A stretch of DNA of 63,754 nucleotides, the filler included, from Collodictyon triciliatum (Eukaryota): the NCBI GenBank assembly GCA_043381765.1. It is 4 parts of 4 records of this genome, joined end to end, with 100 filler letters (N's around TTAATTAATTAA, not from the genome) between each part and the next. Parts side by side here need not be neighbours in the genome. Positions count along the whole stretch, not along the records: positions 1 to 20,522 come from JBHJMP010001233.1; 3 more parts are not named here. The stretch is one strand, 5' to 3'. The first letter of the stretch is position 1; each line of letters starts with the position of its first letter. A program made the translations under genes and the position numbers. Under the pieces are notes generated by a model, which worked only from the letters and a program-made list of their open reading frames with translations, was not told the origin of the DNA and did not search any database. Below are positions 1-13,600 of the stretch, piece after piece.

Positions 1-140
1 AAAACAAAAAACAAAAAAACAAAAAACAAAAAACAAAAAACAAAAAACAAAAAACAAAAAACAAAAACAAAAAACAAAAACAAAAACAAAAACAAAAACA
101 AAAACAAACACAAAAACAAAAAAACAAAAAAACAAAAACA
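1..140 (+). repeat. (CAAAAA/CAAAAAA)n simple repeat
   Basis: Direct inspection. Confidence 0.95.
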
Positions 141-338
141 TTAGCACCTTCTGCTCAGCACTATTGTAACCATCTGCCCATCCAGGAACATCAACAAAGA
201 CTATCGTTCTTCACGTGTCTGCGTTCAAATCGGTGTATGTGCGCTGCTGTCGGGCAACAGAAGGTTTGAAGACACTAGCTCACACAAGTTGCTGTTAGCT
301 GCACGGACCCCCTTGGGTTTCCCCACCAATACCAAAAG

Positions 339-2472
339 ATGATCATGATCCGATTGGCTCCGTTGTTTGTCTCTTCGAGCCTGAAAAGTGAGTCCTCTTT
401 CTTGCTCTCCTTTTACTTATCTCACCACTTCTGCTTGTATATTTGCGCATAACCAGAAACAGGCGCATACGCACATAATTACCAAACTAAACATTAATAA
501 AACAAACCAAAATGAAAAACAACCAACATAAGAAATGCAAGAATCCCGAGATTCTCAAAGGAAACACAAACAAAAAACAAAAGAAACCCAAAAGAAACAC
601 AAATATAAACCAAAAGAACCCCAAAAGAACCCCAAAAGAACCCCAAAAGAACCCCAAAAGAAACCCAAAAGAAAACCAAAAGATTCTCAAAAGAAACACA
701 AATAAACCCAAAAGAAACCCAAAAGAAATCAAAGGAACCCCAAAAGAACCCCAAAAGAAAACCCAAGAAAACCCAAGAAAACCAAGATTGCTCCCGTACC
801 AGGCAGCCCGAGTCTGATGAATCTGGTGCATAATCTGTAGGACTGTATCACAACTCTGCAAAGTCTGCAAGTTTTCAATCGGCGCCACTCTCCAAGCGCT
901 ACTCCACCACCCAGCCGAGGTCTAGTTCTCCAAAAAGTAAACAGCCGCCTGAAGCCGATATTCTAAAATCATCAAAGTCAAATCCATACACACCACCGCA
1001 GACGGCCACAAATGTAAACTCGGCGCGGCTTTCCATGACATCGTCCAACCCTCTCGACCTTTTTCTGCCGACCCGTGGTCGCTTTCGAGAGACCCGTGAT
1101 TACTTCCTCCAACTTTTGCGAGCGCATCCATCCAGTCGCACATCATTTCAACCCAGGGGCATGCAGGCAAGTGAATCCCTGTCATCACCATCAACAACGA
1201 CCACAAGCAACCCAATTGTCGAGCGAATCAGCGCCCTTCAGGGTGTGTTTTCGGCTATGACGCAAAGCGTGTCTGAGAAGCTTCATCGGACTTTTGTTGC
1301 TGAGCCAAACATTCAAAACTTCCGCCGGTGGTTCCGGTACGAACTAAGCCGAGGTGCACCGATGGATTTGATTGGTATCTTGCAAAAGGCTAAGTCGCAC
1401 CGTCTTCCCCTCAACATCGAAGACTACAACCGCTTTCTTGCACACTGCCGCCCTCCACAGCTTCCTGTTCTGGCCAAAGCAGAGCAGATTGCGAGTGAGG
1501 TTGATGCGCCATCATTGGAACTCAGCCAACCGCAGGTGTCTTACTCTTCAGTGGTCAATCGCTACAAGCCCGGACAGGCCATTGCCATTTATCAATCCTT
1601 GCTGCGCGATGAGCTGGAACCCAATGTAAACACAATGTCCCATTTGGTTGCGGCCAGCCATAGTATTGATGAGTTGCAATATGCACGCAGCGTTATCTCT
1701 AGGCGGATGTTTGATTTGATTCGAAATCCAGAGTCGCTTGGTGAAGATAGGGTTTTATTTGGTATCTTTCCCGAGGAGAAGACCGCTTCTGCGTTGCGCA
1801 CTCTGCTGAATTATTACGACTCGCTGATGGACGATGTTGTTGTGCGCACGGCCGAGCAGGTGGAAGACCTTGATTTCGAGTTGCTTGCGCGCCACAACCG
1901 TAAAAGAAGCTATGTACAGCTGGCTCACGAGAGACGGTCAAGGGATGACAATCACCCGAAGGAGCCGTACTTTCAGGCAGAGACCGATGGAACGGTACCC
2001 TCGGAGGAGCAGAAGCACGTTCCACACAAGCATATTATCTCCAGCATTCTCAACAACCCTGAGGAATCTCCATTCTTCAAGCAGCTGCGTCTTGAAACAC
2101 AAGCCCTCGAAATTGCTGCATATCAGTACAGGGAAATGGTGCAGGACATGACGAAGCGCGGACAGGCAGCCAGCATACTGCCAGCAAACGACATCATCGC
2201 AACCTGGTTGGATCCGATGAAGGCTGAAATCGAAAATGAGCTGCAGAAAATCAACGATAAGATCTACGGCCTGGATAGACAGATATATGGCCCGTTTCTG
2301 GGGATGCTCTCACCAACGAAGCTTTCTACTATCACCATTCATGAGACCATCGGATGCGTCATGGCCGAAGGCGTGTTGGTGGGTTCCGCTCTGTGTTGTT
2401 CCTATTCCTTCCTCTTTGGTACTGTCTGGGCCGCATTTTTCCTGCCCATCACAGTTTCTTCCCTTTGGGTTC

Positions 2473-2511
<39 letters not shown>

Positions 2512-5500
2512 TGATGTTCTGAATTCCCTGAAACGGTCTATCTTTTGCATCATGCTCCTATATATTTAACACGAAAAAGTTGCAAGAAAGAGAGGTCATA
2601 CCATTTATATTTTCTTTTGTAACAGGGCGTCAAGATGGTCAAAGCATGCATCGCTGTTGGCCGTGCAGTTCAGCTTGAAATCGGCACAAAGATTATGAAG
2701 GACAAAAGAAAGGACAAAATTTCTGTTCCGAGCAGTGTCAGTGCTTTGAAGCAATTAGGCTCCAAGAATGTTGGTGAGTTTGCTCCGACCATATGGGCCA
2801 AAGCCATTCAGGCCAAGCTGGGAGCCTGCTTGATAAGTCTCCTTCTGAGATGTGCTGATTTCAACGATGAAACGGGGACTCGCGTAAAGGCCTTCCGACA
2901 CTACTACCACTTCAACTCTATGAGGAGGACCGGGCGGCTGACATGTCACAAGAGTCTGTGGGAGAAGTTTTCTCAAGGATTTGAATACCAGGTAAGAATA
3001 TATGGTGTTGTTTGACATTCCGTCATCTCCGTTGGTCGCACGGCTTTCTCAGAATATAATTCTAGTTTTTTCTCTTTTTTTCTTCTCTCTCATCCATTCT
3101 TTGTAATCCCTCCGACTTACCTATTACACCACTGCACTAATTACAATCAGTTACGTATATAATTTACATTTTTATTATTAAAAGAAATATGAAAACAATA
3201 CATCACACCTGGAAGAATCTTAATGAAATTTCCCTCCCTCCTATTTCACCTTTTCCTTCTCTCTCTCTGCGAACATGGTCTTGCCTCTCACACAATAGGA
3301 AGCACTTCATCCGATATTTTTGCCCATGGTTGTCGAGCCGAAGCCTTGGAGCCACGTGAACAACGGCTCATACCTGACCCTCAGAACACCAGTAATGCGC
3401 TGCCGCGGCTCTCGCGCACAAATCCAGGAGTTGCGGACTTCCGATCTATCCAGACTGCACCTTGGACTCAGCATTCTGGGCAAAACAGCGTGGAAGGTCA
3501 ACGAACCTGTCTTTGAGGTCATTGAGCATCTGTGGAATAACGGAGGTGGTATAGCCGACCTTCCACCCCGCCAGAACTACGTGATTCCGCCCGAGCCTGA
3601 AAACTTTGCATCCATGTCTTTTGAGGAAAGACGGACGTTCATGTCCACAAAGAATCGGGTGGATCAAATGAACCGCGACCTGCACTCTAATCGCAGTGGA
3701 ATCCTCGTGAGACTGAAAGTGGCTCGAGAATTCATCGGCACGAAGATGTACTTCCCACACAACGTGGACTTTCGTGGACGGGCTTATCCACTCCCCCCGC
3801 ACTTGAACCACCTGGGGCCTGACGTTTGTCGTGGAATGTTGCTCTTTGCAGACGGAAAGCCACTCGGGCAGGAAGGTCTGCGCTGGATCAAAATCCATCT
3901 GGCCAATCTCTGTGGGAAGGACAAGCTGTCTTTTGACGACCGAGTAACATATGTGGAGAAGAACATGGATAACATCCTTGACTCTGCTGAACGACCTTTG
4001 GATGGAAACCGCTGGTGGTTGAGCACAGACTCTCCGTTCCAGGTTCTTGCGGCGTGCATTGATTTGAAAGGTGCTCTGTCTCATACAAACCCAGAAGACT
4101 ATATCTCGTACTTGCCTATTCACCAAGTAAGTTTCCACCCAAAAATAGCACGAGTCCTCTCTTTCTCTTCTCAGCATCATCATTTATTTATTAATTAATT
4201 AATTTCTCTGTTTGCACGTCTTTACTTACCGCTCCAACGGCGACTGCACCATTTCAAATAACCTTTTTTTTTCTCCAAATAATTCACGCCGCAGCCTAAC
4301 AATTGAGATTTTTCCCTCTTTACTTTCTTATTTTTCTCAACGTGTCATGTCATGAACTTCATGAGAAGATGTGGTTCTTACTTTTGTTTTCCATCCAACT
4401 TTATCAGGACGGCTCATGCAATGGTCTCCAGCATTATGCTGCGCTTGGACGCGACTACCGCGGTGGTCTTCAAGTCGGACTTGTGCCGACCGGTACACCT
4501 CAGGATGTTTATCAGGTTTGCACCAATGTCAGCCACTCTTCCACCGCTTCGGAGCCACTGGCCTGCATTATTTTTTGTTTCGACACACTTTGCGACGATT
4601 AGATTAATCTTTTTTATTTTAAAAAAAGAAATATATCAAGAAAAAAAAAGTAACAAGATAACAACACCAATAAAATATTGAGCGAAATCGATCACCCGAT
4701 AAGACATTCCGGTAAGTTATTCAAACCCACCCCGCCTCCAGGTTGTGGCAGACTCGCTGAACGACCGAATCATCAAAATGTCTGAGCGAGGCCTGCCGAC
4801 AGCAATGCTGCTGAACGGCAAGGTGGAGCGCAAGATTGTCAAGCAGACGGTGATGACAAGCGTCTACGGAGTCACGTACATCGGGGCGCGTCGGCAGCTC
4901 CAGAACCGACTGGAGGAGCGCGGAGACATCCCTGAGGACAAGCTGTACTACTGCGCATGTTTCCTTGCACGCCACACGCTGGAGGCTTTGGGCGAGTCCT
5001 TCATCGGCGCGAAGCTGACTATGGAGTGGCTTGCCCAGTGCGCGCGGTTGATTGCATCGACAGGCCGCCCAGTTTCGTGGGTGACTCCGCTCGGCATCCC
5101 GATTGTCCAGCCGTACCGCAAGTCCAGCAGCGTCCAGGTCAAGACGACACTGCAGCATTTGGTCCTTGCCTCGCACAACGACGACTCGCCCATCATGGCT
5201 GGGCAGCAGAGAACCGCATTCCCGCCAAACTTCATCCACTCGCTGGATTCCACACACATGTTTATGACCGCCATAGAGTGTGACCGCCAGAACGTGGCCT
5301 TTGCGGCTGTCCACGACTCGTTCTGGACTCACGCAGGAACAACAAGCACCATGAACTCCATCCTGCGTGACCAGTTCATTCGCCTCCACACGGACGATAT
5401 TCTGCACGACCTGCGGAACCAGTTCATCGCCCTCCATCCAGATATCTCCTTCCCGGACGTCCCGCCTCGAGGCGACCTGAATCTTGAAATCATCCGCGAC

Positions 5501-5521
5501 AGTCCGTACTTTTTTGACTAG
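339..5521 (+). CDS. POLRMT: Mitochondrial single-subunit (T7/phage-type) DNA-directed RNA polymerase, 6 exons (approx. 339-387, 841-2378, 2626-2991, 3299-4126, 4408-4515, 4742-5521)
   Basis: Spliced translation contains the hallmark motifs [66 protein letters not shown] and C-terminal SPYFFD*. All introns are GT-AG and in frame. The N-terminus ([22 protein letters not shown]...KRYST) is presequence-like, and a PPR-like repeat ([24 protein letters not shown]) precedes the catalytic part. The first exon is less certain than the rest. Confidence 0.96.
495..790 (+). repeat. Degenerate A/C-rich minisatellite (AACCCCAAAAG-like units) inside POLRMT intron 1
   Basis: Tandem gaaccccaaaa units, plus a repeated gattctcaaa(a/g)gaaacacaaa segment at about 550 and 682. 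Confidence 0.85.
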
Positions 5522-6214
5522 GAATTGATGACATGTAGGCGCGTGGCTTCGTCTCCCTGATTTTTTCCTCATTTTTTTTTCTTCACCACCAAACAGAGAA
5601 TCTTGTCCCTTTTGCCTTTCATGTCAAAGACACAACCCGTCTAATTTCACCACAAACAGCACCGATTTCTTTCTTCCCTCTGTCAAACTCCCCCTTCCTT
5701 TCTGTATTCCAAAGAAAATAAAACCAAAAATCATATGTGCGCGAGAATCAAACAACGTAATCCAAAGACGAAAAATATCAAGATACAGGTTCTTGCGGTG
5801 TCATGCCATATAGGATGTGTCCGTTGCAAATCCAAATCCGTCCATCTAATCCCATAATGGAGATAGATTGGTTTGGGTTTGATCTTGCGTTTTTTTTTCT
5901 GATGCGTTGTGGATGACGCATTATGTTTGATCGTGGCGCGGCTCGCTGAGCGAAGGAGGATTCTGGCGGTGGCGAAGACGGTGTGTGCTCAACATTTTCA
6001 ACAACAGGAAAGAAATATGAGTCAAACTCCAAAGTCCCACGACCTGAGGGAAGCCAACTTTCCCAAGGAATTCTTGGTTTGTGCTTTATTTGCTGTTTTT
6101 TTTTTTTGCTTTCTTATTTTATTTTCGTTTTTACTTTTTGTGTTTTTTTTTTCTTTATTCGAGCAAATATGGTCGAGTTCTGTTCGAAAACGTGCGAAAA
6201 TAAAATAGAGTGCG

Positions 6215-7563
6215 ATGGATGAATCTGAGAAACATCTGCTGGGCAGTGTAATCAAAGGATATTCCAAGCTTCGGAATGACGTGATAAGCCAGCAACAGTC
6301 AGTAGAGAGTGCAATCACAAGAGAGGTGACTTGAACTTACATCAGCTTTGCATAGCACAAAGAATTCTTCTCTTTTACAAATGCATCTCACATCACCTAA
6401 AAGATACATCTTAGTCATCTGGCATTGTTCATTCACCGGTCAACATATATGGGTGTGAGTTAATGTCGAACACAGAAACAGGCCCATCTTATCCACCTCC
6501 CCGCACAATAGCAAATGCCGCCTGATCCCACATCCGTCGAGTATGTCGAGAAACATTTCCACAGACCAACAACCTCCCATCAAAAACCACCCAGAATACA
6601 TATTCCAGCGGCTTTGCGCAATCTCGATTCTGACGGTTCGTCAAAGCGATTTACACTTTAAGATTCCGAACCAACTCTTTTGTTGTGCACCAGCACGGCC
6701 CTGGCCCCTGATATTGTTGCATTCCGTTTAAAGATAAAATCCTAGTTTACCCAAAAAAAAAAAAAAGAAAAAGGGGGAGCTATTTCAAGAAGTGCTCGAT
6801 ATCGCTCTATTTACATAACTGACCTTTTCCTGCTCTCTTCGTCTCAATTTTTCGCTCCTCAAACCCCTTTCTAGGCCCGCAATCGATGGTAGGATATCAG
6901 AACATGAGGTCATCAAAGCCGAGCTCGATGGTGGGCTCTGGTTCAATTAAGTAGCCATCTTTCTCATAGGGAACTAATCTCATATTCTACACACAATACT
7001 ACATAAACCATAGAATTGAGGCAACTTTTACGTTGGTTGTGTAAATTCGTGTTCTTGGGTACTTAAAATTGGGGGCATATACCTCTCTATTATAGAAATT
7101 CAGTCTCGTTATCATCACTGGGGCAAGAACGAGCATCCAGTGCTCCACGGCCTCGCTCAGGCGACTCCACCATGTCTATAAGGAGCGTGCGTTCTGTATT
7201 CCAAGCTCGGCAAGAGGACCGATCCAAATCGCCCGCTCTTCCCAAACCAAGAACACCAATCTTAGAGCAGGATGCCAACCTGCTTTTTAGCAGCCGAACA
7301 CTAAGTCAGAGGCCAAACAGTCCCAACTCTATCATCCTTCTCACCAAAAGCCCTGAAAAAGGTTAACCACCTACCATCTATTCCCATATTCGTGTCTTTT
7401 CTAGAGATTGGGTATTTAGTTTTCTCCGATGTGTTTGATTTTGTACAACACGATATTATTCGACTCACGAACATTCTCCAAAATTACCAAAAAGCTCAAA
7501 AAATAAGAATTAAATTTTTTTATAAATAAATCTGTGATATTCACTCCTTTTCTTTTTGTCTAT

Positions 7564-7638
<75 letters not shown>

Positions 7639-10600
7639 TTATTTTCATTCTGTTTGTTAGACGAAAAGTCAACATGGAAAGATGTTCGACCAGGTTTTGC
7701 ACCCGGACCGAACTTTCGTGTCGCAAACAAGTCACAAAAGCCACGCTTTCATGGTCCAATAGGGACTGCACCTTCTCATTTCCCAAACCCACCTCCCAAA
7801 CCCGCCAATCTCGTGCATCAGGATATTGCTCCGACCGATAGGATTGCCACCAATTATTCTCCTTACACCAAAGATATCACTCCTCGTAAAATTCGGATTG
7901 GAAGTTAGTATTTGAAAATAACACTCTCCCTTTTATACAATTTTAATTCATACTTGTCTAATTGTAATAATTATATTCAGTCATCTTTGTCAACATATTT
8001 TGTGGATAGCACGTACTTCAGCTTTATTTTCTCTATAATTCTTAAATCATAGGCCGACCTTCATCTGCGTCCACAACTTTCCAACTGGAAACACATTCGT
8101 TCATCACTCGGTCTCCCTCCTCTGGGTAATGATACCATCGAATCTCAAACTCTCAGCCTTTCCGCTTGTTGATGTTCAGACGCTTTTTATCTTGAAAATT
8201 GAATTCCATAGTCGACGACCGAATACAGTTCCAACTAAATTTATTTAAGTAGACTCGAAAGTATCTAATTTTTCGCCAGCATTTGTTTTAAATCTAATAC
8301 CTCTTGTCAACATCACGCAGGAATGATCTGGCCACGATGTCTAATGAATCTGTTGAACAAAACACCGAATTACTAACCCCAAAGCCACGAAAAATGCCCT
8401 CTCTAGACTCTTCAAATTACAGAGTAGTAGAATTTGACCAGTTGGTTGCCCAGCAAGTTTTTGAGGATGGAATTGATGACAGCTCCCCAGCAACAGAGAG
8501 GTCTACAACACAAACAAACCGAGATACTCACTTTTTGCCTTTGGAGCTATTTGATGATATCGAGCTTGAAACTAGAACTCCCGATGAATGGGCACTTCTT
8601 GCACGGGTTTGAAATAAGCACTTACCGCCAAAAGAAAAAAACTTGCCAAGCTTGCACCCATCGATACATGATTTCGTGTTAAAATATTCAACTTACAATT
8701 TTTGTTAATGCTTTCTCAAACCCCCCTTACCTTTTACATATTTGAAGGAAAGCTTTGATTCTGGCCTAACATATTCATATCCAACATTCAAAGGCTGAAA
8801 ACATCGGTGCGCATTCGCTGTATTTCTATCCTGATGGTCACTACGATTGGAAGCCATGTTTTGTCCGAAGCTATAACAAGGTTGAGAACAGCTTTCTTGT
8901 AGAGTGGGTTTTGACCGGGAAGAAAAAGTATGTCAAGAGACTGAATCTGCGCTTTGACATCGAAGATGAAACTGTCTTTTTTAAAAGAATCTCCCATGCA
9001 TGCACCTTAAAAATGCAACACGAGGCCAATCTGGTGAGCGGATGTTTTGGGAGTCTGATTTTGATTTTATTTAACATGTGTTCCTTTTTTTTTTTTCCTC
9101 TCTCTCTCTCTCTTTTTTTTTTTTTTTTTGATTTTTAAGTGATATTGATTCAACCTGGTTCATTCCTAGCGGTACCATGCATGCATTGATGGGCTTCCAG
9201 ATGGGGATATATCTCCAATCGATGCGCCTACCCTCGACAGGATTCTTCGTCGTATTGCTGTTGAATTCCCATCCAATCTTGTTCCGACAATCGAATCGTA
9301 AGCCACGAGATTGCTAACTTATGATTTGATTTTGCTGAAGCACTGGTTCTAAAAGCCCAGATTCACAATGAAAAGCACATTTTTCATATCAAGTGACCAA
9401 TTATTCACTGCAAAAAATAGAACATTTGCAGACGTTCGGCAAGAGTACACCCGAGCCATGAAGAAGGCGCGCTTGGACTATGGGTTGTTAGATGAGGCTG
9501 AGGTTCAAAAATTCTCGACTATTAAGCTCACCAATCCCAATGAGCGAAAACCAACTCCACAGTAGGCTTTTCATTTCTTTTATTATTTTTTTAAAAAAAA
9601 AATCATATATGCAGATTAAGACACTTATAATACTTTTAGTTGTAGTATTTATATCGATGTTGAATCACATAATATTAACTCGAGATCTTGAAGGTTTGGA
9701 TTAGTTCCTGTTCCATGTTACAAGTATCGTGCGAACCGAGACGCCATAGAGAAAAAGCTGATGCAGACAAACAGCAGCTTCATAAAATTTTTCCACAAGC
9801 TCTCTGCACTCATTGAAAATTCAAGGTCTGGTGCTTTGTTTAAAAAACCCAACCATAGCGAACCTATGCACATCGACAAGTTCACAAATATCCAAGCTTA
9901 TCAACTGGATGAGTGCTACCATCAAATATGCATCAGGTAATTTTCTTTCAAAACAGAGCCCACATTGACGAGATAAAGAAACCTGAAAATAAAAAAAATA
10001 AAGTAACCCCTGATTCGAAACCAGTGTTAACTATTTCTTCTCTTCACTTCACCACCTTTAGCCTACTCAGGTTGCATAAAGTAAACTTTTTTTCGTGGCA
10101 GTTATTGTGATAAATCCATCTGATGTTTTTTCTTTTCGCGATTTCAACACACATTTAGGCTGATTCCTGACGTTGTGAATCTGATACACTCTTCATTGCA
10201 ATCACAATTCAAATTCCACTTTCAAAATATGGAGGAATATCGTAAAAGTGAGACGAACAGACTCTTGGAACTTGTGGATTTCAGGATTGATAATGTTATC
10301 AAGGACATTGTATTGCATTCCATCTCAGAGCTTACAAAATATTTCAGACTTTATGTAAATTACCGAGAATCCAGAAACGAAGACCATTTGCCGTTTAAAA
10401 ACACTCCAAATATAGGCTCAATATACTGTGTGAGTATCCCCTTGAATCTCTCCCCATATTTATGTCCATCTTCGCAATCGAAATATTTCTCTTAAGTTGC
10501 AATTTCAATCCAGCCTCTGTTTCTGGTGAGGCTGGTTCTTGATGGAGATAGGGTTGAGTTTGATCCGACTGTCAACAACTTGAAAGAAAAAGTTGTCAGA

Positions 10601-13600
10601 AACTTTGATTCTATATCCCAGTTTGCTCTCAAAGTTGTCAAGGTAAATTGCAATACAAGGAGTTATATCCAGGTGTTAGAAGGATGAAATATGATCAAGT
10701 CGAAATTGTAGATCAATTTGACCTGTTTTTTTTTTATTATTATCATTTTGCCAATTTAATTCTTTTTTTTTTTTTTTGCTCCCTTCTTGGAGAGTCAAGA
10801 AATAGAACCCCATTACTAAACACTACCTGATTAAATATAAAGGTGGAAGGAGCCATAGTGAGCCGACCTCGTTTGCCACTATCGTATTACACGCCTTTTG
10901 GTGAGCAAGACCCTTGCGTAGGCACATCAAAAAGAGAAATTCTTCGGATTATCGGTATTTGAATATAATACTTTATTATCCGACACGTCATTACGTGTAG
11001 AAACCTTCAGATTGAAATAAGTAAATGCCTGATGTATTATATTATATCGCTCTTGACTGTCTCTTTTTTTTCGCACATATGTAATTCTTGTCCTGTGGTT
11101 TTTTAAGACGAGGACTTGGATTTGATTGAAAGCCTCTTACGCGACTATCGCTATTTCGAGAACTTATTTCAAGCAAGCAGCTCATTTATATACGACAGTG
11201 ATCAAATAAATATTGCCGATTTGACAACTTTCAGAGAAAATGTCGAGAATTACAGGATTGCAGCCTCCAAAGTTTTAAAGATGTGAGCATTTAATTCATT
11301 TACGATCGAGTTTTCATGTTGTCATATTGATCTATTATGAGCGAACGTGGCTGAGCACTTTTATTTAACTCTTTAAAAAAATAAATAAAAAAAAAAAAAG
11401 CTCACGAGACCGAGTGAACTACGGATTAATATGCATCGATTGTACCGAATTAAAACAGTCAATCAATGAGAAAGCCACCCAAATATATACCAGCTTGCTG
11501 GAAGCTTTAGCAACCAGGCTTAAGAATCACAACGAAAGTATTTTGAACAAGTTTGAGGAAATAAGAACCAAAATACAGCAGAATCCAAAGAATGCTGAGG
11601 AGTGGAATGAAATTAAAACGTACTGTGAGTCTGTCGGCAGTCAAATGGTTGACCTAAAGAAGGAAATGGACTTAGTTCAGGTTCTTATTGATCTGTTTTG
11701 GCAAAGTCTGGAGATGTTCCTGGTTTTGTCTTTTCGGGGATAAAAAAATACCTACTCGATTCTATTTTATTGTTTTATAATCAAAATTATGTCTTTTTAG
11801 TCGGCATGGTCGATTGTCGAAGAGTTTGAGCATAACGTCCCTGTTGAGGAATTCTCGATGTTTTGGCAAACAAAGTCCTTTCCTAAAGTTATCAAGGATA
11901 ATGCTGAGGCGAGGTCGTCCCAGCTTTCCAACGAGAGACAAACATTCATGAATGAGCTTCAAAGGAACACTTTAGAACTTCAGTCGGTGTTGAGTGACAT
12001 TCAAGATGAGGTGGACGCCTTTTACACCTTGGGTGACGCTGAAAAGACTGAAGAGGTGAAGACAGATGATATTCGCCAGTATTTTGTTTCATTCTTGATT
12101 CATCTATATATATTCGATATCAGTTCAAGGTATTTTTCTTTTCTTCTCGTATGTTTCTGGTAGTTTTCTAATCGTATCAACTATCTCACTACGATTTTTG
12201 TATTCAAGTATGCCGCTAAAGTCATTGAGCTGCAAGAGAAGATTCGAGAGACACAAGAAAAGGCACGACTGTACAATTCACGCGAAACACTATTTGGACT
12301 GACAAAGTCCCCGTTTCCACTACTGTTTCAAGTCCAAAAAAATCTAGAGCCGTTAGTTTATTTTTCTATCATTCTATCTTGATTCTTTAAGATCTTAAAG
12401 ATTGTTTTTAAATACTGAAAACGCAAATAAATGAAATTTGTTCAATCAGTTTTTCCCAATTGTGGACCATCTCATCCGACTTTAACCGTGAATTTCCCAT
12501 ATGGATGGATGGTCCATTTACTGAAGTTGACGCTGAAAAAGTAAATACTTTGACACATTTACCATCTTTAATTATTTTTAACTGAACAAACCGGTTGACT
12601 TGATGTCATGTTTTTTTTTTTTTTTAAATTGATACCATCAGGTTGAGGAAAATTTATCCAACTGGAGAAGAACGATGCAAAAAGTGACCCGCACTCTTCG
12701 TGATTCACCGGGTCCTCTAAGTGTTGGCACAGATATCAAAAACAAGGTGTTGAATTAGTCCATTCATGATTCTCTAGTTTGTGAGTTAATATCCAAAGTA
12801 ATGAAAGCAAAACCAAAGTAAGCTATTCACTCACTTTTCCTTTCTATAATGGCTTTTCTCAGCTGGACGACTTTAATACACATATGACATTGTTCAAGTG
12901 TCTTCGGAACCCAGGACTTTGCGATAGACATTGGAATATGATTGCACAACTAGGATTTCCACAGATTCGACCTGATTCAATTCATGAAATTAACTTTTCC
13001 ATGCTTTTAGAGATGAATATGGAAGACAAAATCTCTGAAATCATGGAAATTAGCGAGCTAGCTGGAAAGGAATATTTACTAGAAAAAACTCTTGAAAATA
13101 TGATTCATGAGTGGAAAAACATAAACTTTGATTGTGTTTCATATCGGTAAATACAAATAATTGATATGCTGTTAAATGTACAAACTGTTTACATGAAAGA
13201 ACCCCTCAGAGGTAAAGATACGTCAGTGATGTATTAATTTTTTTCTTACAACCAATAGTGATTCTGGAACCCATATAATTCGCGCAACCGACGATATTAT
13301 GACACTTCTCGATGACCAGATTGCCAAGACGCAATCAATGAGAAGCTCACCGTTTATTAAAGCTTTGGAAGGCCGGGTCCGCGCATGGGAGGAAAAGTTG
13401 CTCTATGTCCAATCCATTTTGGAAGAATGGCTCAACTGTCAAAAAACTTACCTGTATCTGGAACCCATATTTGGTTCTAAAGACATAGTTGCTCAGATGC
13501 CTGCTGAAGGGAAAAAGTATTTACATAAATTCCCTTTCCAGATCTCTCTTCAATTTCTTTATTTTCGTAGATGCAACTTTAGTTGTTCCAATATATAATT

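Noticed and set aside
141..215. Minus-strand IVFVDVPGWADGY resembling a GTPase DxPG motif
   Set aside because: Very short, with an in-frame TGA just upstream and no P-loop visible; insufficient support.
487..888. F/G/L-rich and K/N/P-rich ORFs, and CCCCAAAA telomere-like units
   Set aside because: These are translations of an intronic minisatellite; the units are irregular and interrupted by GAA, not a telomere array.
339..5521. Phage-like RNA polymerase as a prophage or viral insertion
   Set aside because: It has spliceosomal introns, a presequence and a PPR-like region; this is the ordinary nuclear-encoded mitochondrial polymerase.
3446..5572. Long antisense ORFs (245 aa and 283 aa) over POLRMT exons
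   Set aside because: Shadow ORFs of GC-rich coding sequence, with no recognisable motifs.
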